Positions 46,389 to 56,081 of a stretch of DNA of 64,000 nt are shown one piece after another. The notes beneath the pieces were generated by a model. The model searched no databases. It had not been told where the DNA came from and saw nothing but the letters and a program-made list of their open reading frames with translations. The position numbers and the translations under genes are program-made. The DNA is taken from positions 1,683-65,682 of the forward strand of contig DATKXY010000266.1 of NCBI GenBank assembly GCA_035528795.1, read 5' to 3'. Numbering within the stretch: the first letter of the stretch is position 1; the number at the start of each line of letters is the position of its first letter. The stretch is from an archaeon. GTDB lineage: Bacteria; Gemmatimonadota; Glassbacteria; GWA2-58-10.

Positions 46389-49300
46389 TTAATCAGATGT
46401 ATTACTCGATTCTGCTGTGGGTTCCGTCCGAATTTGCTCATATACCTGTTTCAACAGGTTCTGCCCCACGACATCCTGGAACTCTTTTTCGTTCATAAAT
46501 TTGGCGGTTATCTCTTCGTTTTGCTCCATCCGGTCGATAAAAAGCCCTTCAAGAGCCTTTAGAAAGACATAACCGAAGTTTTCCATAGTATTGGCTAAAG
46601 CGGCCTGGCGCAGCGTGGTGTCAGAAACAGCGTCTTCCCGAATGGAGTCCAGAAACAACTGGTCGGCAGGCTTGAAATCCGTTCCAAAACGCTCATTGAG
46701 AATATCGATCAGTTGTGAGAGCTCGATTGTCTCCTCGTGACTGACACCTGTACCGACTTCAGTCGGGCCGGAAACCTCGCCACCCTTACCTGCCTCAAGA
46801 TCGAGCGAAATCTCGCCGATTTTTTGAAGCCGGTAATACTTGAGAGCCACCTCATTGTCAAAGTCGTATGCGGGTCCTGGGTCCCGCTTAGGCAACTTGT
46901 TCAAAAGGAATCGGATATAAGAATACAATTTTTCCAGATCGGAGTCATGGAACGGTATCACCTGCGACAGGAATGAGTACAGGTTCCTGTAAGCGACCAG
47001 AACCTTGCGGAACTCCTCCTGTTCATTTTCATCAAGCTGCTTGAATCGGTTTACCGCCGGATCGATACAGGCGTTCATTTTAGCGTGATCTGCAGGTGTC
47101 TGGTTTTTCCTGGGCTTATAGAACACCTTGCAGAACTCTTCTACCTCAGCCTTGTAATATACTTGTTGGGCATCCAGCTTGGCCTGCAGTTCATACAAGT
47201 GGCGCGGCTCCGCCCGTTCGCCAACAGCAGTCTGCTCATAATACGGTTGAAACGAGTCGAGGATCTCCTGGGTCTCGTTGACAAAATCCAAGATAAATGT
47301 ATCTTCCTTGCCTGGATGGGTACGGTTGAGACGCGATAGCGTCTGGACAGCCTGTATGCCCGACAAGCGTTTATCCACGTACATGGTGTGTAAGAGCGGC
47401 TGGTCAAACCCGGTCTGGTACTTCTCAGCCACAAGGAGCACCTGATAATCATCAGTGCCGAACCGCTCGGGAAGCTCTTTTTCCCGGATGCCTTTATTCA
47501 TGCCGACTTCGGTATACTCAATATTAGGAGCATCCGGGTCGATTACTGTGCCGGAGAAAGCCACCAGCGCCTTAATCCCTGTGTATCCCTTCTCCGATAT
47601 ATACTTGTCGAAAGACTGCTTGTATCGCACTGCGTGGAGCCGGGACGAGGTTACTACCATCGCCTTAGCCCGCCCTCCGATCTTGTGACGGGTAAAGTGA
47701 TGGAAATGCTCGATCATGACTTCGGTCTTCTGGGCGATATTATGCGGATGCAGGCTCATGAACCTCGCCAGGGCGCGGGCCGCTTTCTTCTTGTCTACCT
47801 GCGGATCATCTTCAATTGACTTGATCAGACGGTAATAAGTCCGGTATGTAGTGTAATGCTTAAGCACATCAAGGATAAACCCTTCCTCGATGGCCTGGCG
47901 CATGCTGTACAGGTGGAAGGGCTGAGGCTTGCCGTCAGACCCGGGCCGACCGAAAACTTCCAGGGTCTTGTACTTGGGTGTAGCAGTGAAGGCAAAAAAG
48001 CTGATATTAGGCTGCCTGCCGCGCATAGCCATAGTGTGGAGAATTTCCTCCTCATAATCCGGCAGACTCTCTTCTTCCGCCTGCTCCTTCACCTCTTCCT
48101 TAATGGCTGTGCCAGCCAGCACACCTTTAAGCTCTGTCGCGCTTTCACCCCCCTGTGAGCTGTGAGCTTCGTCTATGATAACAGCGTATTTTCTTGCAGG
48201 AAGCTCGCCAATCTTCTCGGTCACGAAAGGAAACTTTTGTAGTGTTGTGATGACAACAGGCGCCCCGGCAGCAAGAGCCTGCGCAAGCTGGGTGCTGTTT
48301 ATGTCAATTTTCTGCACTACGCCCTGCTTATGCTCGAACTGGTAGATAGTGTTCTGTAACTGCTGGTCAAGCACGAGCCGGTCTGTAACCACAATGACCG
48401 AGTCAAAGACTTTCTCGTCCTTCTCGTTGTAAAGGCTGGCCAGGCGATGGGCGATCCAGGCAATGGAGTTGCTCTTACCGCTGCCGGCTGAATGCTGTAC
48501 CAGATAGTTGTTGCCTGTTCCCTTACCACGAGCGTCCGCCACCAGCTTGCGAACCGAATCGAGCTGGTGGTATCGGGGGAAAATCATTCTCTCCTTCCGA
48601 ATCCGCTTTCCACTAATCTTTTTCTCCTCAACCTGCAGGTGAATAAACTGCGCCAGGATATCCATAAAACTATCCCGCTGCCAGACCTGTTCCCACAAGT
48701 AAGCCGTCTTGTATCCACCAGGATTCTCCGGATTACCGGCACCTGTGCCGTTGCCCAAATTGAAGGGCAGGAAATGCGTGGCTCTGCCGGAGAGACGAGT
48801 TGTCATGTAGACCTCATCAGGGTCAACGGCAAAATGCACTAGAGTGCGCTTTTTAAACTGGAAAATCAAATCCTTGGGGTCACGGTCGTTCTTGTATTGA
48901 TGAATGGCGCTGCGCCATGTCTGGCTGGTCATGGGGTTTTTGAGTTCCGCGGTGGCTACGGGAATGCCGTTGAGGCTCAGGATCAGGTCAAGCGTATTAC
49001 CGTGCCTGTTCGAGTAACGGAGCTGGCGCGTGACTGTCAGGCGGTTGGCGGCATAAAGCCTCTTGGTCTCTGGATTCATGCCGCTGGCTGGGGCGAAATA
49101 GGCCACTCGGAAGAGTTTGCTGAAGCACTTGAACCCATGGCGCAGCACTTTGAGACAGCCTTCATGCTCAGAATCCAGAGACCGGCAGAGATCATACAGT
49201 AGTGTCTCTTCGGCTTTGTCTTTTTGTATTTTCTTGAGATATTCCCACTCTTTGGGCTGAGTCTCCTGAATGAATGAAAGTAGTACAGTGGGATTAAGGC

Positions 49301-49409
49301 AACGTTCCCGGTCGAAAGTGGCAGGATCGCCCTTAACGTAACCAGCTATTGTTAATAGATGATTTTCGATAGCAGTTTCAAATGCTATTTCCTTAGTGAT
49401 TTTAGGCAC
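46389..49409 (-). CDS. hsdR: Type I restriction endonuclease subunit R
   Basis: DLILSLNGIPVATAELKN, HSAGSGKS, IIDEAHSSQ, FTATPK, QTGFDQP, QTLSRLNR. Confidence 0.96.
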   Translation of the reverse strand: MPKITKEIAFETAIENHLLTIAGYVKGDPATFDRERCLNPTVLLSFIQETQPKEWEYLKKIQKDKAEETLLYDLCRSLDSEHEGCLKVLRHGFKCFSKLFRVAYFAPASGMNPETKRLYAANRLTVTRQLRYSNRHGNTLDLILSLNGIPVATAELKNPMTSQTWRSAIHQYKNDRDPKDLIFQFKKRTLVHFAVDPDEVYMTTRLSGRATHFLPFNLGNGTGAGNPENPGGYKTAYLWEQVWQRDSFMDILAQFIHLQVEEKKISGKRIRKERMIFPRYHQLDSVRKLVADARGKGTGNNYLVQHSAGSGKSNSIAWIAHRLASLYNEKDEKVFDSVIVVTDRLVLDQQLQNTIYQFEHKQGVVQKIDINSTQLAQALAAGAPVVITTLQKFPFVTEKIGELPARKYAVIIDEAHSSQGGESATELKGVLAGTAIKEEVKEQAEEESLPDYEEEILHTMAMRGRQPNISFFAFTATPKYKTLEVFGRPGSDGKPQPFHLYSMRQAIEEGFILDVLKHYTTYRTYYRLIKSIEDDPQVDKKKAARALARFMSLHPHNIAQKTEVMIEHFHHFTRHKIGGRAKAMVVTSSRLHAVRYKQSFDKYISEKGYTGIKALVAFSGTVIDPDAPNIEYTEVGMNKGIREKELPERFGTDDYQVLLVAEKYQTGFDQPLLHTMYVDKRLSGIQAVQTLSRLNRTHPGKEDTFILDFVNETQEILDSFQPYYEQTAVGERAEPRHLYELQAKLDAQQVYYKAEVEEFCKVFYKPRKNQTPADHAKMNACIDPAVNRFKQLDENEQEEFRKVLVAYRNLYSFLSQVIPFHDSDLEKLYSYIRFLLNKLPKRDPGPAYDFDNEVALKYYRLQKIGEISLDLEAGKGGEVSGPTEVGTGVSHEETIELSQLIDILNERFGTDFKPADQLFLDSIREDAVSDTTLRQAALANTMENFGYVFLKALEGLFIDRMEQNEEITAKFMNEKEFQDVVGQNLLKQVYEQIRTEPTAESSNTSD

Positions 49410-49419
49410 TTCAATTCCT

Positions 49420-51708
49420 CTAATTGTTGAAAATTAATTTTAGTTCTTTAGCAGTTTCTAAATCGGAATCCTTGATTTCTGGTTTGGCTTCATAATGATA
49501 GGATATATACCGAAACGCATCTGTCTCAATACGGTTATAGAAGTAGCAAGCGTTTAGTTCAGTTTCGGGCGCTGGAGCTATTTTAATAATAGGAAGTAGC
49601 TCTAATGCGGCTCTATCTTCTTCACCAATAAGATGTAGTTTATTGGAATTCAGAGGGATATTTACTTCAACTTCTATATGCTTAAATGGTGTTCTTGTAC
49701 CCATCACACTATTGGCTTGGACTTTGAAGATACCTTCTTGTAGATTCATTTTGCCTGTAGAGATTAGAATCCACCGCGACCAAATATCTCCAAAACACTG
49801 GCGTAATTGATTCAAATATTCAAACAATTCACTATTCCGTATTCCTGCAGTTCGGTCGCTAACAATACCCCCATGACCACGCCCTTCGTTTCTAAGGCGA
49901 TTAGTCTTTTGTAGAATTTCTACTATTTTTGACGAAGATAGATTTTCTAAAATATCTAAAGTTGATAATTTGAATATATTTTTAATCCGAAGTTGCATTG
50001 CTTTGTCTTGGCTGTTAATCATTTTTCTCGTTTGCTTCGCTAACCGCTCTGTAATTACTACCCAAGTTCCGATAGTGGATCGGTCCATAGAAAGTCCATT
50101 CTTTTCTAAAATTTCCTTAATCTTCTTTTTTTCTTTGATAAATAACTCAGAATCATTCTTGAAAGCACTTAAATAAATTGTAGCGATGAATTCTGGTAGG
50201 GCTTCGAAAAAATGATCTAGGTGCAACAGTTTTTTTTGGTTGTTGTCTTTTTCGATATGATAAGCCCATAATATTGAAGCCAAGGGAAAAGGCAGATTAT
50301 CAAGCCAATCTTCAAATCTATCCTGACGATTAACCATGTTTATTCTTTTCACAGTCTTTGACACATCGCTAGGGCGAGACCACAGTAAAGTCCTAAGTTC
50401 TTGCATTTCAGTAATAAGAGTATTGATTTTGAGATCAGCATCAAGAATAAGAAGTTGAGATTTCTTTTTCTCTGGCAAATACATTTTTGTTTCAAATAAA
50501 GATGTCTTTGAGATTTTAGGTATGACCATCCCAGAATAAGCGCTTTCTCGAATCGTTCTTCCAAAAGGAGTATTCATGAAATTAGCAAGAAATCTAACAT
50601 CAACTTTTTCTGTATTTAATATTAACTGAGCGTAATTATGAGGTTTGATCTTTAATTCAGATGTCGAAGTAACAACATCGCTACTGCCTATTAAAGGTAG
50701 ATATATAGCATCATTTCTTTCTTCAAAGCCTGGTAGTTCTTTAGCTTTGGCTAGGTTAACTTCAATAACAACATCTCTAAAACTCACTGGCTCAAGACCC
50801 ATTCTTTGGGCCATGCGCTCTGCACGGTCTTCAGCTACTAATACTTGGTAACCCCTAAATTTGTCTCGGGCAATTATTCGGCCTTGTGAAGGATCTTTGC
50901 CCTCTTTCCCTTCAAGGTAATTAGCGAGAAGTCTTTGATTTTTCTCATAATTTAAGGATAGTTCTCCTACAAATATGTTTTCTGACATACCATGTTTAAC
51001 AACTATTAATGCGCTGGGTATTGAAGTATCACTATGTACAGGATAAGGTAAGGCAAAAAAGGCATTTACATGTAAGTGAAATTTTTCTAAGTTTGCGAAG
51101 ACACCCTGATTTTTTTGGACAATCAGCGCTCCTTGAGGAATTACAAAAAAACCAACCCCATTTTCTGAAAGATGCAGTAATGATTTGAGTATTATTAAAT
51201 TACCCAAGTCATCCATCAGGCTTTTTTGGCTGTCTTTTGTTAAAAAGATATGAGTAGTAGGGCGGACTCCGAAAGGGGGGCAAGAAACAATTACATCATA
51301 TTTATTTTTCAATTTCTCCAATTCATCAAGTGGATTGCCAAGTATCCAAGTCATCTTTTTTTCTTTATCTAACTTATTTGCTAACTCAAAACTTTCTTTT
51401 ATGACACAGATACCCTTTGCGTTTTTTACATTAATTGTCTTTGTCAACTCAAGAAGCATCGCTCCAGAGCCAGCCCATGGATCGAGTATCGAATTAACCT
51501 TGGTTTTAAAAAGACCCTCTCTGATAAAATCAATTAAAGCAGACCAAGTTATCCAATATTTGGATAATCCATCCGCCAGTTCTTTTGTTCCGCTATATTC
51601 AATTTGTTGAAAGGTTTCAAGTATTGATTTTGATAATTCTTGCCAGCTTTCCTTTTTCCAGGCAGGCAGGTAAACATGAAAATCGTGAATGTGAGCATAA
51701 GAAGCCAT
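49420..51708 (-). CDS. N6-MTase-like + TRD/HsdS-like + putative HEPN fusion protein
   Basis: ILDPWAGSG (motif I), VSCPPFG (variant motif IV), FLANFMNTPFG..SGMVIPKISK..YLP (TRD-like), LRNEGRGH (Rx5H). Confidence 0.7.
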   Translation of the reverse strand: MASYAHIHDFHVYLPAWKKESWQELSKSILETFQQIEYSGTKELADGLSKYWITWSALIDFIREGLFKTKVNSILDPWAGSGAMLLELTKTINVKNAKGICVIKESFELANKLDKEKKMTWILGNPLDELEKLKNKYDVIVSCPPFGVRPTTHIFLTKDSQKSLMDDLGNLIILKSLLHLSENGVGFFVIPQGALIVQKNQGVFANLEKFHLHVNAFFALPYPVHSDTSIPSALIVVKHGMSENIFVGELSLNYEKNQRLLANYLEGKEGKDPSQGRIIARDKFRGYQVLVAEDRAERMAQRMGLEPVSFRDVVIEVNLAKAKELPGFEERNDAIYLPLIGSSDVVTSTSELKIKPHNYAQLILNTEKVDVRFLANFMNTPFGRTIRESAYSGMVIPKISKTSLFETKMYLPEKKKSQLLILDADLKINTLITEMQELRTLLWSRPSDVSKTVKRINMVNRQDRFEDWLDNLPFPLASILWAYHIEKDNNQKKLLHLDHFFEALPEFIATIYLSAFKNDSELFIKEKKKIKEILEKNGLSMDRSTIGTWVVITERLAKQTRKMINSQDKAMQLRIKNIFKLSTLDILENLSSSKIVEILQKTNRLRNEGRGHGGIVSDRTAGIRNSELFEYLNQLRQCFGDIWSRWILISTGKMNLQEGIFKVQANSVMGTRTPFKHIEVEVNIPLNSNKLHLIGEEDRAALELLPIIKIAPAPETELNACYFYNRIETDAFRYISYHYEAKPEIKDSDLETAKELKLIFNN

Positions 51709-51748
51709 ATTTGCTCCTTAGAAGAAAGCTAATGATGTTTCTGCTAAT

Positions 51749-52633
51749 TCAGCTCCTCTCATAGCTCTGTTCCAGTAGCGGCCTGGCCTTTTCCAGATCA
51801 TCCATAGACAGGATTGTTATCTGGAGGTTCCCTGTCCCCAAATGCCCGATTTCCCTGACATCTTTACTAAAGCCTTTCTCAAGCTTTGTGTTTTCCGGAT
51901 CGACTTTAACATAAACCTCAAGTTTTTTAGCTTTATTGTAAATCTCAACACAGGCAAAATTTTTGATTTTTTTGAATGCGAAGTAATATTTCAGGGTTTT
52001 CATCTGCACGTCATCGCCAAAATTGAGCAACATCTCCTTTAGTGCAAAGAAAATGTCAGCCAGGTCACGCGGGGCTTCTTCCAGGGTCTGCTCTATGGTC
52101 TTATACTCCCCGCTGCCTGTATCCGCACTGACAGCGTTCACCAGCTCGAAGAGCAGCAGATCCTCACCAAACCTGCCGTAGCGAATCAGTTCGATATTGC
52201 GGTTGATCTGCTGTACTGCGTACTGGTCATACTTTGTGAAATCTCCGGCAATGCATATCAGGCGCGGGGAAGACCAGTCGATTTTTTTCGAAACTTCCTT
52301 GCCGCACTTTTCGAGCACGAGCAGTTCGTAATCTCCGCGATGGTCGAGCAGCCAGTCCAGGTAAAAAAGACCCTGGTTGATCACATTCTGGTTTGTCGCC
52401 CGTTTATACTCGATAATCACCGGGCAGCCGTTTTCATCTATTCCGAGGGTGTCGATGCGCCCGCCGTGGACCTTACCCGTGGAGTATTCCGATACAAGGA
52501 AAGTCACGCCCAGGAAAGTATCCATATATTTTTCTATCTGATCCTGCAGGGACTTTTCTACAGCCACAGACCGGCCCGCCAGTTCGCTGACTTGGTTTTT
52601 ATCTATCCGAAACAGCTTTATATCACTCATCAA
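51749..52633 (-). CDS. NucS/DUF91-like PD-(D/E)XK nuclease + DUF5655-like domain
   Basis: EKSLQ..GRIDTLGIDENGCPVIIEYKR..QGLFY; C-terminal KYYFAFK..DVREIGHLGTGNL. Confidence 0.8.
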   Translation of the reverse strand: MMSDIKLFRIDKNQVSELAGRSVAVEKSLQDQIEKYMDTFLGVTFLVSEYSTGKVHGGRIDTLGIDENGCPVIIEYKRATNQNVINQGLFYLDWLLDHRGDYELLVLEKCGKEVSKKIDWSSPRLICIAGDFTKYDQYAVQQINRNIELIRYGRFGEDLLLFELVNAVSADTGSGEYKTIEQTLEEAPRDLADIFFALKEMLLNFGDDVQMKTLKYYFAFKKIKNFACVEIYNKAKKLEVYVKVDPENTKLEKGFSKDVREIGHLGTGNLQITILSMDDLEKARPLLEQSYERS

Positions 52634-53849
52634 GGACCTCCTGGCGAACGTCTATTTTGCCGGTTACTGCGGCGGAAATTAGCGCCGTGCGGTATTCGCG
52701 TAATAGTGATATAATATTTTGGATTTTTGATATTAATTTTTCAATCTTGGAAGACTCAAATCTAATAAAACGAATAATTTTCTTTTGTTCTTCACTTGGT
52801 GGTAATATCACATTTTGTGATTTCACCATAGTTCCTGTTACAAGTGGCTGAGCGTTTTGATTAGCAAGTCGATTTAGATTAATCGATTGCAAGAAAAAGA
52901 ACAGATAATCCAAATTGAACTCCCTCACACTTTTAAGCATTAGTGCATTATCGGTAATCCATGCTGGTGGAGTTATAAGATGTACATTTCCACAATGTGC
53001 ACCAACTCTCCCAATTGCGATAGTAGTACCAATAATATTAGATTTAGCTGTATATCCCATAACTCCATTACCACCAATAACTGGATAAGGTAAATCAATG
53101 GTTTTTTCCACCATAAACTCTGAATTATTAAGCCATTCTCCACTACTAATTCTTAAATACCAGCGAAGAGGCACAATCTCCCACCTCTCCGGCACTTCTC
53201 CCAGCCACTCTATGCCGGAGTCTTTCATTTTGGCGTTGGGGTTCAGGCCCTTGGTTGCCACATGGCTGATAAGCGCGGTGCGTTTTTCCTGCAAAAGCTC
53301 AATCTGCCGCTCTTTTAAAGCAATAAGCCTGTCAATTTTCCCGGTCTCCCGATCCAGGAAAGTAGCAATGGCGCTCTGCTCTTTGATATGACAGAATGGT
53401 AAAATATTTTCATAAGCATCTTCTCTCGAAAGCCCAGGCACAGCCGAATCTTTCGTAAACGAGTCAAGTTGCAACCATTGAAGGCTGTAAAAAAGCCAGC
53501 GAAGGTTATTTTTTGATAATGAAGAATCGATAAAATAAGTTGTATCTATCGCAAAGCATGGTTTTTCAGAAAATTGTACTTTACCATATGAACCTTTGCG
53601 CCCAACAATGAGGCAAGGACCTTTCGTGTTTGGCATGTCATTCTCACCGACAATTCCATTTGAACCATATACATGGAAATTACCTGAAACACGGTCTTCT
53701 GCCGGAAGAGAATCCCCATAACCAAAGCGGGCAACATTTTTCAAGCGCAATATACACCAATGCTCTGGTATCTCCTCTAAATAATCTATCCCGGTGTCTT
53801 TGTACGTCGGGTACGGTTTCTGCCTGGTTTTTGTTTTTGCGGCTGTCAT
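52623..53849 (-). CDS. hsdS: Type I R-M specificity subunit S
   Basis: Two TRDs; conserved YKDTGIDYLEEIPEHW / MKDSGIEWLGEVPERW and EYRTALISAAVTGKIDVR. Confidence 0.96.
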   Translation of the reverse strand: MTAAKTKTRQKPYPTYKDTGIDYLEEIPEHWCILRLKNVARFGYGDSLPAEDRVSGNFHVYGSNGIVGENDMPNTKGPCLIVGRKGSYGKVQFSEKPCFAIDTTYFIDSSLSKNNLRWLFYSLQWLQLDSFTKDSAVPGLSREDAYENILPFCHIKEQSAIATFLDRETGKIDRLIALKERQIELLQEKRTALISHVATKGLNPNAKMKDSGIEWLGEVPERWEIVPLRWYLRISSGEWLNNSEFMVEKTIDLPYPVIGGNGVMGYTAKSNIIGTTIAIGRVGAHCGNVHLITPPAWITDNALMLKSVREFNLDYLFFFLQSINLNRLANQNAQPLVTGTMVKSQNVILPPSEEQKKIIRFIRFESSKIEKLISKIQNIISLLREYRTALISAAVTGKIDVRQEVLDE

Positions 53850-53861
53850 TTCTTTTTCGCG

Positions 53862-54338
53862 TCAAAGTGTCAGCGTTGTTTTGTAAAATCCCGGCTCGCC
53901 AGAATCATCAGCCCAGGTGATCTCCACCTCGAAATTTTTTCTATATCCTCTAGTTATAGCCATTCTATAACGTATGACAGATTTTGGCCCTATCTGCTTG
54001 ATTTCCTCTATGGTTTTAGGAATTACGGGATGTTCAAGAAGCGGCATTTCATCTAATTTTACACAAACATCTCGCGCTTCTGCCTCCCCCTCGTTTTTTA
54101 TTTGCAGTGTAAAGCTCGTAAAATTTCGATGGTACTCATGGTCAATGATTGCCATCAGTATTGCTTTTTTTGACTGCTTGATTCTGTCCTCTTCCCGTGC
54201 TTCCTCTATCTCAAGCAATTTTTTCTCAGTCTTTGAAGATTTGGAGTAGGCCCAGATCGAAACTGCAATGGCTGACAGAGACAACAATAAGCCGATAATA
54301 CTGGTATTCTGATTTAACCAATCAAGTATTAGATCCAT
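53862..54338 (-). CDS. Hypothetical protein with an N-terminal TM helix
   Basis: IIGLLLSLSAIAVSIWAY + coiled coil + IKNEGEAEARDV beta domain. Confidence 0.7.
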   Translation of the reverse strand: MDLILDWLNQNTSIIGLLLSLSAIAVSIWAYSKSSKTEKKLLEIEEAREEDRIKQSKKAILMAIIDHEYHRNFTSFTLQIKNEGEAEARDVCVKLDEMPLLEHPVIPKTIEEIKQIGPKSVIRYRMAITRGYRKNFEVEITWADDSGEPGFYKTTLTL

Positions 54339-54426
54339 TTTTGTGCGCCGTACAATATACGTAATAGAATTTGTGTTCCATAAATCAGAAAATATGGCAC
54401 ACTAATTTTTTTGTGTGCCATTCATG

Positions 54427-55536
54427 CTACATAAGACTCTCGCTTTGAACGATTCCAATAAGCTCCGGAAACATCAAAAGCTCTGGTCTTCTTCCTCTGC
54501 CCTGGATCAGAGAAGTTATTATCTTTTTTTCTTTCATTGCATTTAATACTCTAATGGAGCTTGTTTTGGAAATCCCTGTATCCTTGATAAAGTCAGTAGT
54601 GGAAAAAATCGGCAGGCTAAAAATAAAATCTATAATTTGCACTGCATGTTGTGAGCGAGTTATTTCCGGCACCTTTTCTTTCATCTCATCATACAAGTGG
54701 AGAATTGCCCTTGCTTTATTGGTGTTACTCTCAGCCTGAACCGAAATCGCCTTGAGAAAAAATTCTATCCACCCGTTCCAGTCACCCTGGCTGGAAATGG
54801 CTCTTAACCGCTCGTAATATGTTTCCTGGTTTTGATCCAGATAAGCGCTGATATAGAACATAGGGCTTGAAAGCCGTTTCCTGTAATAAAGAAAGATAGG
54901 CACGAGCATGCGCCCGATCCTGCCGTTACCGTCAAGGAAGGGGTGGATCAATTCAAATTGGGCTTTGGCCACCGCAAGCTGCACCAGCGGGTCTTTTTCC
55001 TCCATATGGAGATATTTTTCCCAATTGTCCATTGCCGGCATTACCTGTTCCGGCGAGGGAGGAACGAAAATAGCTTGTTCAATCGGTTTTCCACGGGGAG
55101 CTATATAGTTCTGACTTCGTCTGAATTCACCGGGCGCCCTGTGCCTGCCCCGTACACCTTGCATCAAAACAGCATGAAGATCCAAAATCAAATTGATGCA
55201 CAGCGGGCGTTCTTTTAACTTTTCCACTGCCTCACCCATTGCCTTTCGATAATTGATAACTTCCTGGATGTCCGCTTTTTTTTCAGGGTCTATTTTCTCT
55301 TTCGGATTAGCCTCGAATTGAAGCACTTCTTTCAATGTGGCCTGAGTGCCCTCGATCCTGGAAGAAATGACTGCTTCGTTGGCGAGGAGAGGGGAAAGCA
55401 ACACCCAGGGATTGACAATACTCTGCAATATGCCGTCATATCGCGCCAAAGCCGCATTTGCCTGCCCGATTAAAGTAACATGCCTGGTCCAGTCTATGTT
55501 ATTCAGCGGCAGTTTTTCCGGTTTATAAGGCTTCAT
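54427..55536 (-). CDS. Fic-family AMPylase
   Basis: HPFLDGNGRIGR; N-terminal SSRIEG autoinhibitory motif; C-terminal wHTH. Confidence 0.95.
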   Translation of the reverse strand: MKPYKPEKLPLNNIDWTRHVTLIGQANAALARYDGILQSIVNPWVLLSPLLANEAVISSRIEGTQATLKEVLQFEANPKEKIDPEKKADIQEVINYRKAMGEAVEKLKERPLCINLILDLHAVLMQGVRGRHRAPGEFRRSQNYIAPRGKPIEQAIFVPPSPEQVMPAMDNWEKYLHMEEKDPLVQLAVAKAQFELIHPFLDGNGRIGRMLVPIFLYYRKRLSSPMFYISAYLDQNQETYYERLRAISSQGDWNGWIEFFLKAISVQAESNTNKARAILHLYDEMKEKVPEITRSQHAVQIIDFIFSLPIFSTTDFIKDTGISKTSSIRVLNAMKEKKIITSLIQGRGRRPELLMFPELIGIVQSESLM

Positions 55537-55709
55537 CCATTACCTCCGCTAATATTTCTACGATTTCTTTCTCATCTAGTGAATTGTGCAAAATACCAGA
55601 TTTTCTAACTTTTCCACCTTTCAAAAAAGCAAGTCTCTATCTGCTCCGGTATTTTCTCCAGCCGCTTTATGCCTGATGGTTTGTACTTTTTTATACGGCT
55701 TCCGTTTTA

Positions 55710-56081
55710 TCAGCTTTCCTTTGAGATAGGCTCCTCACACAAGTCAAAAACTATGCTGTGTATCCGTATATTGAAGAAACTCTTGAACGCCTTGAAAGAC
55801 AAATCTTCAGGCCACAAAGATTCATCAGTGCACCAGCTTTCCAGCTCCAGCTCGAACATTTCCATGTAGTGCCGTTCGATATATGTTTCAGGGGCTTCAT
55901 CCACATCCGGTATAAGATAGACCGATGTGTCCTCGCGAAGTTCTTTCAATGTTAAGCCAGGATCACCCTCGGGATTGTGACGGGCCCATTCGAGAAAAAG
56001 CTTTGTCGGCTGGAGCACTACGGCAGCCCGGTTAATTGTCAAAGCGCCAAGGGAGTCCTCATTGTCGTTAATTCGAATCAT
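55710..56081 (-). CDS. Acidic hypothetical protein coupled to hsdM
   Basis: ATGA overlap with hsdM; INRAAVVLQP..FELELESW..LWP. Confidence 0.75.
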   Translation of the reverse strand: MIRINDNEDSLGALTINRAAVVLQPTKLFLEWARHNPEGDPGLTLKELREDTSVYLIPDVDEAPETYIERHYMEMFELELESWCTDESLWPEDLSFKAFKSFFNIRIHSIVFDLCEEPISKES

